From contig CBDCDC010000001.1 of NCBI GenBank assembly GCA_965215195.1, positions 800,001 to 864,000 of the forward strand: a stretch of DNA of 64,000 bases, in the 5' to 3' direction. This document shows positions 27,382 through 37,486 of this stretch, one piece after another. Each line of letters opens with the position of its first letter. Position 1 is the stretch's first letter. A program made the translations under genes and the position numbers. This DNA comes from Candidatus Latescibacterota bacterium. Lineage in GTDB: Bacteria > Latescibacterota > UBA2968 > UBA8231. A model generated the notes under the pieces. It made no database searches and was not told the origin of the DNA. It saw only the letters and a list, made by a program, of their open reading frames with translations.

Positions 27382-28848
27382 GTGTTCGGGCTTCACAATA
27401 TACGAGGCGGCCCCAACAGCGTCAATCTGCTGGGCCTCGTCCTGCTGGGCGCATATACCTTGCTCAAGCTCTGGCTGATCGCCGATGTGGAACTGGGCAA
27501 GGACGAGGTCGTTTACTGGTATTGGGGCCAGCACCTCGACGCCTCCTACGCACTCTTGCCCCTAACCATCTTCAACCTAGCCCACGCGCTCTACCCGCAC
27601 CAAGAGTGGTTTCTGCGGCTGCCTTCTGCTTTGTTGGGCGCGTTTTCTACCGCGCTCGTCTATCGGCTTTGCAGAATGCAGGGCCTCGCCGCACGACTGG
27701 CGCTGTGGGCCACCGCTGCCTTCGCGCTCAACCATTGGACTTGGCACACCAGCTCCTACCTGCATCCCGATGGCTTCTTAGTCCCCTGTTGGCTGCTGGC
27801 CCTGTGCATGGCGCGGCAGGCCGCAGCAACCAACGCGCTGCGGCCCTATATATACACGGGCCTAGCAGCGGGTTTGGCCGTCCTGTGCAAGTACTCGGGG
27901 GCCTTTCTCGTGGCCGGACTGGGCCTGTGGATCGCGCTCGGCCAGCGTTGGCACCGGCTCGCCGCGTTCCTGCTGACCGCCTGCGCAGTCGCCGCCCCGC
28001 TCACCTACGCCCAGTTTAGCACCAGCTTCTACCTGCCGCAGACGCTGAGTACTCTTTCGCGCATCGACGATCTTGGCCATCCCCTTTCGCGCCTGCTCTT
28101 CTTTGCGGTCAGTCCGCTCTTTTTTATATCGCCGTTTTTGCTGTTCCTGCTCTATGCCGGCTTGGTGCGGGCGGCCAAACGGCGCGACCACCTCGCCCTG
28201 CTCCCGGCGCTCTGCACCATCGGCGTCTTTTTGTTGTTCGCGCTCGGTCGCGGTCAGATCAAAGGCAACTGGCTCCTGCCGGGCTTGCTGAGCCTGTGGC
28301 CTGTGGCGTTCGCTGCACAGCCTAGACGCTGGCTGCTCGTCGCCCTCGTCGCCACCGGGTTGCTGCAAGCGCTCGCCATCGGCTTGGGACTGAAATATCC
28401 CGGCCTCTACAGCGACCTCGCCGCACGCAGCGGGCTGGACAAAAGCTATGTTGGTTTGGTGTCGCAGGAAGACCAAGTCCGCGAGCCTTCGTACTCGTGG
28501 AGCGAACGGCTCTGCGAGTACAGCGGCTGGCACCGCTTCGCGGCCGACGTGGAGGAGGTTATTCCGCCGCTGCCGCTGCTGAGCACGCAGTACAGCATCC
28601 CGTTCGCGCTGGCGTATTACGGGAGGACCGAGCGGGAGTACTACACGGTTGATGATCCTCGGTTTCGGGGTTTGACGGATTTTTGCGAGCCCTATCCAGC
28701 AGAAGTGCTCTTCGCGGTGCGAACGGGCGGCAAGGTCCCCGAATCGCTGCACACTACGTATCCTCAGCGGGAATTGATCGCAGAAATAGCTCGCGGCCGC
28801 GACGGCTGTCCCTCAGTGTCCTATCGGATCTTCTGCTTGAGACGCTGA
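27382..28848 (+). CDS. GT-C membrane glycosyltransferase (family 39 / ArnT-PMT-like); start uncertain
   Basis: DEVVYWYWGQHLDASY, LRLPSAL, GLAVLCKYSG, many TM helices. Confidence 0.8.
   Translation: MFGLHNIRGGPNSVNLLGLVLLGAYTLLKLWLIADVELGKDEVVYWYWGQHLDASYALLPLTIFNLAHALYPHQEWFLRLPSALLGAFSTALVYRLCRMQGLAARLALWATAAFALNHWTWHTSSYLHPDGFLVPCWLLALCMARQAAATNALRPYIYTGLAAGLAVLCKYSGAFLVAGLGLWIALGQRWHRLAAFLLTACAVAAPLTYAQFSTSFYLPQTLSTLSRIDDLGHPLSRLLFFAVSPLFFISPFLLFLLYAGLVRAAKRRDHLALLPALCTIGVFLLFALGRGQIKGNWLLPGLLSLWPVAFAAQPRRWLLVALVATGLLQALAIGLGLKYPGLYSDLAARSGLDKSYVGLVSQEDQVREPSYSWSERLCEYSGWHRFAADVEEVIPPLPLLSTQYSIPFALAYYGRTEREYYTVDDPRFRGLTDFCEPYPAEVLFAVRTGGKVPESLHTTYPQRELIAEIARGRDGCPSVSYRIFCLRR
27397..27425 (-). 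promoter_or_regulatory. Sigma70-type promoter of clpP
   Basis: Minus strand TTGACG-N17-TATATT, ~45 bp upstream of the clpP ATG. Confidence 0.6.
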
Positions 28849-31800
28849 TCCGCTCGCTCTACTCAGACCCTCCCCTTTCCGCTCAAACGCCGACGCCATA
28901 ATCCGCTGCATCGCCGTGCGGAAATCATCGAAAAAGGTGTAAAACAGGGGCACCAATAGCAGCGTCAACACCATGGAAGCCAAGAGCCCCCCGATCATCG
29001 TCCGGCCCAGCGGCGCGTAGGCCAAGCCCACCATCTTGGAATTGCCCGCAGCCATTGGGAGCAACCCGAAAGCGGTGGTGAAGGTCGTCATCAGGATCGG
29101 CCGGAAGCGATGGCGGCCGGCCTCCATGAGCGCGTCGTAGCGCGACTTGCCCTCGGCCCGCAGCCGGTTGGCCAAATCGATCAGCACGATGGCGTTGTTG
29201 ACCACCACGCCGATCAGGATCACCGAGCCGATCATCGACATGATTTCAAAGGGCGTGTCGGTCAGATATAGAACCCAGTAAACCCCGAGGAAGGAGAATG
29301 GGATCGACACGATCACCGACAGCGGCAGCACAAACGACTCGAAGAGCACCCCCATCAGCAAAAAGACAAAGGTCACGGACATGATGAGGGCGAATTTCTG
29401 CGACTGGTCCTGTTCTTCTAGTTCCACAAAGCGGGCCCCCTTGTCCCAGCGGTAGCCGCGCGGCATCTCAAAGCCCTGCATCACCTGATCGACTTGGGCG
29501 AAAAGATGTTGGGCCCGGTCCTCAGAGGCGCGGGCGCTGACATTGAGCATGGTCTGCCGGTTCTCGCGCCGGATATTGCCCAAGGTGCGCTCGACGTAGA
29601 TGTCCGCCAGCGCTTCGAGGGACACTTCGCGCTCATCGGCAGTGGGGAAGCTCTGGTTGCGCAGATCGTCTAGGCTCTGGCTGTCGTACTGGGCTAGCTG
29701 TACGCGGATATTGACCTCGCGGCCATCGTCGGTGTGGAACTTGTTGATATCCGTGCCGCGCAATGCGTAGGCGATGCCTCCCGAAATCTGTTGGGGGTCC
29801 ACGCCGAAGCGCTGCACTTGGTCGCGGTTGAGGCGCACCTGTAGCTCGGTGCCGCCGCGGTCCATATCGGTGTTGACCGACAGCAAGCCGGGGATGCTCT
29901 CCAGCCGCCGTTCAACCTCGGCGGCCAGCTCGATCAGTACCTCGGTGTCCTCGCCATACAGGCTGACGTTGACTCGGGGATCCTGTTCGGAGTTTTCCCA
30001 GTTGACCCGCAAGTTGACGCCCGGTGGCAAGTAGAGCCGCTCGCGAAGCTCCTTTTCGACCTCCTTGTAGGAGAGGTATGCTCGTTCCTTCAGGCCCAGC
30101 GCGACGCTCAAATTGTCCCAAGCCACCTCATACCACTCCACGTCCTCCTCTTCGGCGAAAAACAGCGTCACCCGGCCCCAGCCACGGCGGAAGTAGGTGC
30201 GCAGCATCTCGACGTTGTACGCGGCTTGGCGGGCCATCACCGTGTCTTCGACCGCGGTCATAAACTGCTCGGCTTGGTCCAGCGACTGGCCCGAAGGCAT
30301 CTCAAAGGCCAAGTCCATCCGCACCTCGTTGCGCTCCTGATTGTCGGTGCGCTCCATGCCATTCAGCGGGATCTGGATGCTGGCGAACAGGACCAAGGCG
30401 ATGACGAAGGCGTCGAGGCGATTGTTCAGCACCCAGCCCAGCGAGCGCACGTAGTGCTTGCGGCACCAGACGATCACGCGCGGCTCTCCCTTTTCCTTAC
30501 TCGTCGCCAGCTTGAGCGCGGCGAGGGGGATAAAGACCAAGGCGATGAGCAGCGAGGCCACCAGCCCTGCGATGACCGGCAGGCCGATTCTGAGCATCCA
30601 GAACGAAAACATCTGCTCGTCGCTCATCAGAATCAGGGGCAGGAAGACCACTACCGTCGTCAGCGTTGCCATGGTCACCGCCAGCCCCACCTCGCCGGCC
30701 CCTTCAACCGAAGCCGTGCGCGGGGCGATGCCTTCTTGGCGCTTGCGGTAGATGTTTTCGACGATGACGATGGCGTTGTCAACCACCAGTCCTAGGCTCA
30801 GCATCAGGCCCATCATCGTCGCCATATTCAACGACCAGCCTATGAAGTACAGGGCGGTAATCGTCGCCAGAATCGACAGCGGAATCGCCAAGGTGATGAT
30901 CAGGGTGATGCGCACTGCGCGCAAAAAGAAAAAGAGCACTATGGCCGCAAACAGCCCACCCCACAGGCCGGAGTTTTTGAGATTGTCGACCGAGTTGGTC
31001 ACTTGGTCGCCTTGGTTCCAGACCAGCTTGAAATCCAAACCTTTGAGCTGGGGATGATCCTGCAGCTTCTCCATCGCCTCCTTCACGCCGTCGGCGACCT
31101 CCACGACATTGGCCCCCGATGCCTTAGTGACGCCGAAGGCCATCGCCTCCTTGCGGTCAATGCGGTTGACCCAGTCCTTGGTCGGCTGCTTGTAGGAAAC
31201 CTCGGCAATGTCGCCCAGTCGCAGCTGGTGCTCGGGATCGACCACGGTGTTGGCGATCGCTTCGATGTCCTCGAAGCGGCCCACCGAACGCACATAGATC
31301 TTCTTGCCGCCCTCGATCACCCAGCCCCCGGGCACCGTGAGGTTTTGGCTGCGCAGGCTGTTGAGCGCCTCAAAGACGTTGATCCGGTGGCTGCGCACCT
31401 TGCCCTGGTCCAACTCGACGATCACCTGTTTGCTGGGCAAGCCCCAAAACTCAATGTTGCCGACCCCATCGACGCGGCGCAGCGCCGGCTCCAAATAGGT
31501 GTCGATGAGCTGGCGCGGGTCGGCGCGTTGGACCTCGAAGGTGATGACGCCCTCCATGATCGGGATGTCGTTTTGATCCCAGCGCCGGACCCACAGTTGC
31601 TCGATCTCGTCGGGCAGCTCGGGCATTATCCGATCGAGCCGGTCCTTCATCTCGGCGAAAGCCAATTGCAGGTCCGTGCCCTTCTGGAATTCGACCTGGA
31701 CATTGCCGCCGCCACTGTAGGCGTTGGAGCGGAGCCGCTTGACCCGGCTGACTTGGGCGACGGCCTCTTCGAGGTGATGCACCACTTTCTGCTCCACTTC

Positions 31801-31992
31801 GACCGCTCCGGCGTTGGGATAGTTGGCCCAAGCGAACAGCCGGGGATAGTCAAAGCCTTCGGGGAAAAGCGTCAGCGGGATCCGCGTGTAGGCGATGTAG
31901 CCCACCACTAACAGCGCGACCAGCGACATCACCACGGTCACCGGCCGGTTGACCGAAAAGCGCGGCAGGGGGTAGTGGGTTGGCTTTTCCAT
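28813..31992 (-). CDS. RND efflux permease subunit
   Basis: RPVTV, LGLVVDNAIVIVENI, IGVVVNNAIVLID, RFRPILMTT. Confidence 0.93.
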   Translation of the reverse strand: MEKPTHYPLPRFSVNRPVTVVMSLVALLVVGYIAYTRIPLTLFPEGFDYPRLFAWANYPNAGAVEVEQKVVHHLEEAVAQVSRVKRLRSNAYSGGGNVQVEFQKGTDLQLAFAEMKDRLDRIMPELPDEIEQLWVRRWDQNDIPIMEGVITFEVQRADPRQLIDTYLEPALRRVDGVGNIEFWGLPSKQVIVELDQGKVRSHRINVFEALNSLRSQNLTVPGGWVIEGGKKIYVRSVGRFEDIEAIANTVVDPEHQLRLGDIAEVSYKQPTKDWVNRIDRKEAMAFGVTKASGANVVEVADGVKEAMEKLQDHPQLKGLDFKLVWNQGDQVTNSVDNLKNSGLWGGLFAAIVLFFFLRAVRITLIITLAIPLSILATITALYFIGWSLNMATMMGLMLSLGLVVDNAIVIVENIYRKRQEGIAPRTASVEGAGEVGLAVTMATLTTVVVFLPLILMSDEQMFSFWMLRIGLPVIAGLVASLLIALVFIPLAALKLATSKEKGEPRVIVWCRKHYVRSLGWVLNNRLDAFVIALVLFASIQIPLNGMERTDNQERNEVRMDLAFEMPSGQSLDQAEQFMTAVEDTVMARQAAYNVEMLRTYFRRGWGRVTLFFAEEEDVEWYEVAWDNLSVALGLKERAYLSYKEVEKELRERLYLPPGVNLRVNWENSEQDPRVNVSLYGEDTEVLIELAAEVERRLESIPGLLSVNTDMDRGGTELQVRLNRDQVQRFGVDPQQISGGIAYALRGTDINKFHTDDGREVNIRVQLAQYDSQSLDDLRNQSFPTADEREVSLEALADIYVERTLGNIRRENRQTMLNVSARASEDRAQHLFAQVDQVMQGFEMPRGYRWDKGARFVELEEQDQSQKFALIMSVTFVFLLMGVLFESFVLPLSVIVSIPFSFLGVYWVLYLTDTPFEIMSMIGSVILIGVVVNNAIVLIDLANRLRAEGKSRYDALMEAGRHRFRPILMTTFTTAFGLLPMAAGNSKMVGLAYAPLGRTMIGGLLASMVLTLLLVPLFYTFFDDFRTAMQRIMASAFERKGEGLSRASGSASQAEDPIGH

Positions 31993-32001
31993 GGATTCCT
32001 C

Positions 32002-35000
32002 CTAAGCCCGGCGATCGACCAGCGAATACACAGTCGGGATCACCACGAGGGTGAGGAAGGTGGAAGAGACGAGACCGGCGATTACGGTCAGGGCCATCGG
32101 CGTACGGATCTCGGCGCCCTCGCCCAGCCCCAAGGCCATGGGCAACAGCCCCAGGACCGTCGTCGCAGTGGTCATGGCGATCGGGCGCAGCCGCACGGCA
32201 CCGGCTTGGATGATGGCCTCGGTCTTGTCCAAGCCGGTGCGGCGCAAGGTGTTGATATAGTCAACGAGCACGATGGCGTTGTTGACGACAATGCCGGCTA
32301 GCATAATCAGGCCGATAAAGACCACCACGCTCAAAGACACCTGCGCCAGATAGAGCGCTACCACCACGCCGATCAGGGCCAAGGGCACCGTGAACATGAT
32401 GACGAAGGGATGGACCAGCGATTCAAACTGGCTGGCCATTACCACATAGACGAGGAAGATCGCCAGCACCAAGGCGAAGTAGAGGCTCTGCAGCGAGGTC
32501 TCCATCTCCTCGTTCTGGCCGCTGATCACAAAGTCGAAACCTAGCGGGAAGTCCATCCTCCCCAGTTCGTCGTGGATCAGGCCCGAGGCCGTGCCCAGAT
32601 CAACGCCTTGGATGTTGGCCGTGACCACGGCGGCGCGCTGCTGGTCAATGCGGCGGATCTCGCTCGGCCCCTCGTTGACCCGGATATCGGCCACCGCAGA
32701 AAGCGGAATGGGAATAGGAGCATTGGGGTTGATCACGAGGCGCCGCAGTTCGTCGAGCCCGAGGCGATCCTCCTCGCGCAGCCGCACCAGCACGTCGATC
32801 TGGCGCTCGTCTTGGCGGAAGTCGGTGGCAACCTTGCCCTGTACCTTGTGGCGCACCAGCTCGGCGACATTGCGCAGCGATAGGCCGTAGGCCGCGAGTT
32901 GGTCGCGCTTGTAGCTGATCTGTAGCTCGGGGTTGCCCGCTTGGAGCGACGATTTGACGTCGACTAGCCCGGGCAAGCCGGCCATCCGCGACTCGGCCTC
33001 CAAGCTCGCCTGACGCAACTGGCGCAGATTGTAGCCGCGGACTTCGACTTCGATGGGCGTCTTGAAGCTGAACAGGGCCGGATGCGAGACTTCGACCTCG
33101 ATTTCGGGTATATCGTCAACCGCGTCTCGCAGCCGCCGGATCAACGCGGTCTCTTGCGCGGCGCTGGACCCTTCCTGCATGCGGATTGTTATTTGGGCGG
33201 TGTGCTCGCCTTCTTCGGCCGAAGAACTCGCCGCCCGGTCAGTGCCCACCGTCGTTGCCACTCGCGCGACTTGGGGCTGCTCGTCGGCGATCCCTTCGAT
33301 CTGGCGCACGATCTCGGCGGTCTCTTCCAGCGGCGTACCCACCGGCAGCCGGAGGTCGAGGTTGAATTCAGCTTGGTGAACTTGGGGAATCAGTTCGGTG
33401 CCCAGCTCGGGAACGAGCTTGTACCAGCAGACCAGCAGAGCGGCTAGGGCACTGCCGATAATCAGCAAGCGCTGCCTGAGCGCCCAGCCCAACAGGGCCG
33501 GATAGGTCTGCTGCACCAAGCCGAAGCCGCGTTCAAACGCAAAGAGCAGCGGCAAAAAGACCGGCAGCAGCAGCAGGCCTAGCAGAAACAACACCAGCAC
33601 CAGCACCAGCCCGACGAGCATCAGCGCCACGTGCAGGACGATGCCCACCAGCCTGAGCACCATGCCAAAGACGAAGCGCACGGCCACCAGATAGACCATC
33701 GCCAGCGGTAGCGACGAGCATTTGAGTGCCTTCCACACTAGGTGCTCGGACCGGTTCACCCAGCGCCAGTAGCCCTGCACAGCCTCGCCGAGGATGCGCG
33801 GCGACTCAAAGCCCAAGATGCCCGGCCAGACGCGCTCGAAGAAGGTCCACTGGCCAATGCGGCTTTCGGCGGCCCAAGCACCGATCCAGCGCTGAAAGGT
33901 CCGCTCGCGCTTGAGCCAGAAGTACTCGATGGGTTTGATCAGCCACCACAACAGCTCGCAGACGAGGAGAAAGGCTCCTTTGAGTACCGCCGCCACGAGG
34001 GTCGCCGCGGCCAGTCCCACCCGCAACAGGACCTCGCCGATTAAGTAGGGCAGCGAAAGGGCCACCGGCAGCACCTTGCGCCACCGGCTCCCCGGCTCGC
34101 TGAAAATCGCACGGGCCCGGCTCAGCGCCCGCAGGCGCAGAAAGTCGCTGCGACCGATCTGCGCGGCCAACCCGCCTTGGCGGTCAATTTGGCGCGAGGC
34201 CAGCATGGGAATGAAAAACAGCGCCACCCCCAACGAGGCCAACAGCGAGAATACCACCGTCAGCGCCATATCGCCGAAAATTTGCCCAGCCACGCCCTCG
34301 ACGAAGACGATGGGGAAAAACACCGTGATTGTCGTCAGGGTTGAGGCAAACACCGCGGTGCCGACCTCGCCGGTGCCGCGGACGGTGGCTTGGACCAGAT
34401 CGTCCCCTTCTTCCCGACAGCGGAAGATGCTCTCCAGCACCACGATCGAGTTATCGACCAGCATCCCGATTCCGAGGGCCAATCCGCCGAGCGACATGAT
34501 ATTGAGCGACACGTCGAACATGTACATCGGCGCGAAGGTCGCCATGATAGACACCGGGATCGTCAGGCCGACGATCAGGGTGTGGACCACGTTGCGCAAA
34601 AACACAAAGAGCACTAGCACGGCCATGGTCCCGCCGATGAGCGCATTGATCTGGACCTCGGTGATCGAATTCTCGATAAAGCCCGACTGATCGGACAACA
34701 GCTCCAGCTTAGCTCCGGGGGGCAGGCGATGGGCGATGAAGTCGGTCATCCGCAAATGCTCCATGGCCTTGCGGGCGGCCTCCTCCTTCTTGGCCTGTAG
34801 TTCCTTTTGTTGCTCTTCCTTGTTCTTTTTTGCCGCAGCGTTTTCAGCTTCTGGCCTTTTTTGCTCCTCGCCGCCCTGCGCCCTTTCTCGGGCCATCCGC
34901 TCCACATACGCACGCTGCTGCGGCAGCCCGTAGAGCGCGTGGCGCACCCGCTCGGCCACGGCGACGATATTGGCGTCGCCTTCCTTGTATATTTCGATCT

Positions 35001-35838
35001 CGACGCTCTCTCGGCCGTTGACCCGGGTGATGATCTCGCGGTCCTTGTGCGAGCGGCTTACCTCGGCGATATCGCGCAGGTAAACATCGGCGTCGCCGTG
35101 CCGCGCCACGATCAACTCGGCGATCTCCTCGACGGTGGCAAACTCGTTGAGCGTGCGGATTAGGTATTCGACTTGACCCTCGCGCAAGTTGCCGCCGGGC
35201 AAATTGACGTTGTTCTGGGCGAGGCGGTTGTTTATCTGATTGATGTCCAAGCCCATCACCGAGATCTGGCGCTCGTTGAGTGCAACGTGGATCTCCTCCT
35301 CCAAGCCGCCCTTGATCTTGACTGCCGCTACCCCGGCCAGCGCCTCCAATTCGCGCCTGATTTCGCTTTCGGCTAGGTAGCGCAGCGCGTACAGGTCCTG
35401 CGGGCCGTGCAGGCCGATGCGCATGATCGGGTCTAGGGAGGGGTCGTAGCGCAGCAGGAGGGGTTTCTCGGCGTCTTGGGGCAACCAGACGCGGTCGGCC
35501 TTCTCGCGGATCTCTTGAGACATCGCGTTCATGTCGGTGTCCCATTCAAATTCGAGGATGATGTCCGACTGCCCGGCCTTGGAGATGGAGCTAATGTTGA
35601 CGAGGTGAGGCACAATGCCCAGTTCCTGCTCCAAAGGGCGGGAGAGCAGGGTTTCGACTTCCTCGGGTGCCGTACCCGGATATTCGGTGCGCACCGTCAG
35701 GGTCGGGTAGGAAATGTCGGGCATCAGGTTCAGGGAGAGCCGCTGATAGGAGACCCAGCCGAAAACGCAGACGGCCAGCACCACCATGAGAATGGCGACT
35801 GGCCGCCGGGTTGCAATAGCGAAGCGAGATGTGCTCAC
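32002..35838 (-). CDS. RND efflux permease subunit with two large insertions
   Basis: GMLVDNSIVVLESI, GIVVNNAIVLVD, RLRPIAMTT. 1278 aa. Confidence 0.92.
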   Translation of the reverse strand: MSTSRFAIATRRPVAILMVVLAVCVFGWVSYQRLSLNLMPDISYPTLTVRTEYPGTAPEEVETLLSRPLEQELGIVPHLVNISSISKAGQSDIILEFEWDTDMNAMSQEIREKADRVWLPQDAEKPLLLRYDPSLDPIMRIGLHGPQDLYALRYLAESEIRRELEALAGVAAVKIKGGLEEEIHVALNERQISVMGLDINQINNRLAQNNVNLPGGNLREGQVEYLIRTLNEFATVEEIAELIVARHGDADVYLRDIAEVSRSHKDREIITRVNGRESVEIEIYKEGDANIVAVAERVRHALYGLPQQRAYVERMARERAQGGEEQKRPEAENAAAKKNKEEQQKELQAKKEEAARKAMEHLRMTDFIAHRLPPGAKLELLSDQSGFIENSITEVQINALIGGTMAVLVLFVFLRNVVHTLIVGLTIPVSIMATFAPMYMFDVSLNIMSLGGLALGIGMLVDNSIVVLESIFRCREEGDDLVQATVRGTGEVGTAVFASTLTTITVFFPIVFVEGVAGQIFGDMALTVVFSLLASLGVALFFIPMLASRQIDRQGGLAAQIGRSDFLRLRALSRARAIFSEPGSRWRKVLPVALSLPYLIGEVLLRVGLAAATLVAAVLKGAFLLVCELLWWLIKPIEYFWLKRERTFQRWIGAWAAESRIGQWTFFERVWPGILGFESPRILGEAVQGYWRWVNRSEHLVWKALKCSSLPLAMVYLVAVRFVFGMVLRLVGIVLHVALMLVGLVLVLVLFLLGLLLLPVFLPLLFAFERGFGLVQQTYPALLGWALRQRLLIIGSALAALLVCWYKLVPELGTELIPQVHQAEFNLDLRLPVGTPLEETAEIVRQIEGIADEQPQVARVATTVGTDRAASSSAEEGEHTAQITIRMQEGSSAAQETALIRRLRDAVDDIPEIEVEVSHPALFSFKTPIEVEVRGYNLRQLRQASLEAESRMAGLPGLVDVKSSLQAGNPELQISYKRDQLAAYGLSLRNVAELVRHKVQGKVATDFRQDERQIDVLVRLREEDRLGLDELRRLVINPNAPIPIPLSAVADIRVNEGPSEIRRIDQQRAAVVTANIQGVDLGTASGLIHDELGRMDFPLGFDFVISGQNEEMETSLQSLYFALVLAIFLVYVVMASQFESLVHPFVIMFTVPLALIGVVVALYLAQVSLSVVVFIGLIMLAGIVVNNAIVLVDYINTLRRTGLDKTEAIIQAGAVRLRPIAMTTATTVLGLLPMALGLGEGAEIRTPMALTVIAGLVSSTFLTLVVIPTVYSLVDRRA

Positions 35839-35842
35839 GGGC

Positions 35843-37006
35843 CTAGCCTTGGTCCGCGTTGTCGGCTGAGTTGACTACGCGCACCCGCGTACTGTCCTTG
35901 AGGCCGTTTTGCCCGACGACGATGATCGGGGTGCCGGAGTCGATGCCGGCGAGTGCTTCGATAAAGTCGGCGTCCTCGAACCCGGGCTGTAGCTTGATCC
36001 GCGCGGCCGTAGTGTCCTCAACGGCGAACACGAACCGATCGCCGCCATCGTACACGATCGCCTGCTTGGGTATCAACACGGCGTCGGTGTGCGTGGCGGT
36101 GACGATGCGCACGTTGACGAAGAGGCCGGGCCGCAAGTACTCCCAGCGGTCGCGCAAGCCCACGGTTACCTTGAAGGTTCCGCTGCGCGGATCGACTACC
36201 GGGCTGATGCGCTTGACCCAGCCTTGGAACTGCTTGTCGGGCAAAAGCTCCGAGGTGATAAGGGCCTGCTGGCCGCTGCCGATGGTGGTGAGGTGCTGGC
36301 CGGGCGCGAAGACGCGGGCGATTAGGTCGTCGAGCTTGATTAGGTCGTAGAGCTTGCTACTCGGCCCCACGCGCGCACCGACTTGCACGTAGCGCTCGGT
36401 GATCACGCCGGAAAACGGCGCGATGATTTCTGCGTACTCCAGCTCTAGGCGAGCGCGCGCTAGCCGGAGGCGGGATTGTTCAAAGTTGTATTTGTTGGTC
36501 TCGAACTCTTGGTCGCTGATGAGGTTGCGCTCAAACATGGCCTCGGTGCGCTTGAAGCCGGTCTGCTGATAGTCGTAGTTGGCTTGGGCTTCCTCCGCGG
36601 CGATGCGCAACTGCTTGTCCTCAATGCGGAGGAGGGTGTCGCCCGCCTCGACGCGGTCGCCCGCCTCCACTCTGAGCTGCTTGACGAGGCCGCTGATTTG
36701 GGGGTAAATCTCGACGGCCGCTTCGGTCTCGATTGTCGAGTTGAAGAGCAGATGCGCGGAAATCTCGCCCGTGTGTGCGAGGGCGACTTCGACGGGCACC
36801 GCTTCTATGGGCTTGGATAGGCTGTCGGCGGCCGTGCTGTCGGCTTGGGCCGCTGGGTCTGGGCGGTCGTCCTCGCCTTGCCGGCCCGCTTGTGCACCGC
36901 AAGCCCCCAAAATTGCTGCTAACAACAGTACGCCTGCTCTGTGCCGTGCGTTCAAAATCGTCTTTCTCCGGGGTCTGTGGGCTTGTAGGGGACGAAAGTC
37001 GTGCAT
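35843..37006 (-). CDS. RND periplasmic adaptor (membrane fusion protein)
   Basis: VEAGDRVEAGDTLLRI, IIAPFSGVI, LRPGLF. Lipobox-like LGAC. Confidence 0.92.
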   Translation of the reverse strand: MHDFRPLQAHRPRRKTILNARHRAGVLLLAAILGACGAQAGRQGEDDRPDPAAQADSTAADSLSKPIEAVPVEVALAHTGEISAHLLFNSTIETEAAVEIYPQISGLVKQLRVEAGDRVEAGDTLLRIEDKQLRIAAEEAQANYDYQQTGFKRTEAMFERNLISDQEFETNKYNFEQSRLRLARARLELEYAEIIAPFSGVITERYVQVGARVGPSSKLYDLIKLDDLIARVFAPGQHLTTIGSGQQALITSELLPDKQFQGWVKRISPVVDPRSGTFKVTVGLRDRWEYLRPGLFVNVRIVTATHTDAVLIPKQAIVYDGGDRFVFAVEDTTAARIKLQPGFEDADFIEALAGIDSGTPIIVVGQNGLKDSTRVRVVNSADNADQG

Positions 37007-37063
37007 TACTTAACAATTATTCAACCCTGCAAAGTGCACATTGTCAAATGGAGGTGAGATATC

Positions 37064-37486
37064 GTGAGCTATCAAAACGTCAGTCCCAGTGAGGCGAAGG
37101 AATTGCTCGCCGGCGCCGCGGGCGCGGTCTATATCGACGTCCGATCCGTCCCGGAATACGAGAGCGGCCATCCGGCCGGCGCGTTCAACATCCCCATCAT
37201 GCAACGCCACGCCGTAGGCATGGTTCCCAACCCGGATTTCGTCCGGGTAGTGCAAGCCCATTTTGCCGCGGATGCCAAGCTCCTCGTCGGCTGCCAGTCG
37301 GGCGCACGCTCCATGCGCGCTTGTGAGGCCCTCGTCGCCGCGGGCTTTGCGGAGGTGGCCAACGTCACGGCCGGCTTTGGCGGGTCGCGCACCGAGCGCG
37401 GCTGGCTGGAGCTCGGCTTTCCAGTCGAATTCGGCGCCAGCGACGACAAAGGCTACGCAGCCCTAAGCGGCGATTCGGGCGCGTGA
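37064..37486 (+). CDS. Rhodanese-like domain protein
   Basis: IDVRSVPEYESGHPAGAFNIP, active loop CQSGARS. Confidence 0.9.
   Translation: MSYQNVSPSEAKELLAGAAGAVYIDVRSVPEYESGHPAGAFNIPIMQRHAVGMVPNPDFVRVVQAHFAADAKLLVGCQSGARSMRACEALVAAGFAEVANVTAGFGGSRTERGWLELGFPVEFGASDDKGYAALSGDSGA

Noticed and set aside
37015-37047. Promoter for the RND operon
   Set aside because: TTGACA is present, but there is no good -10 at 16-18 bp spacing.
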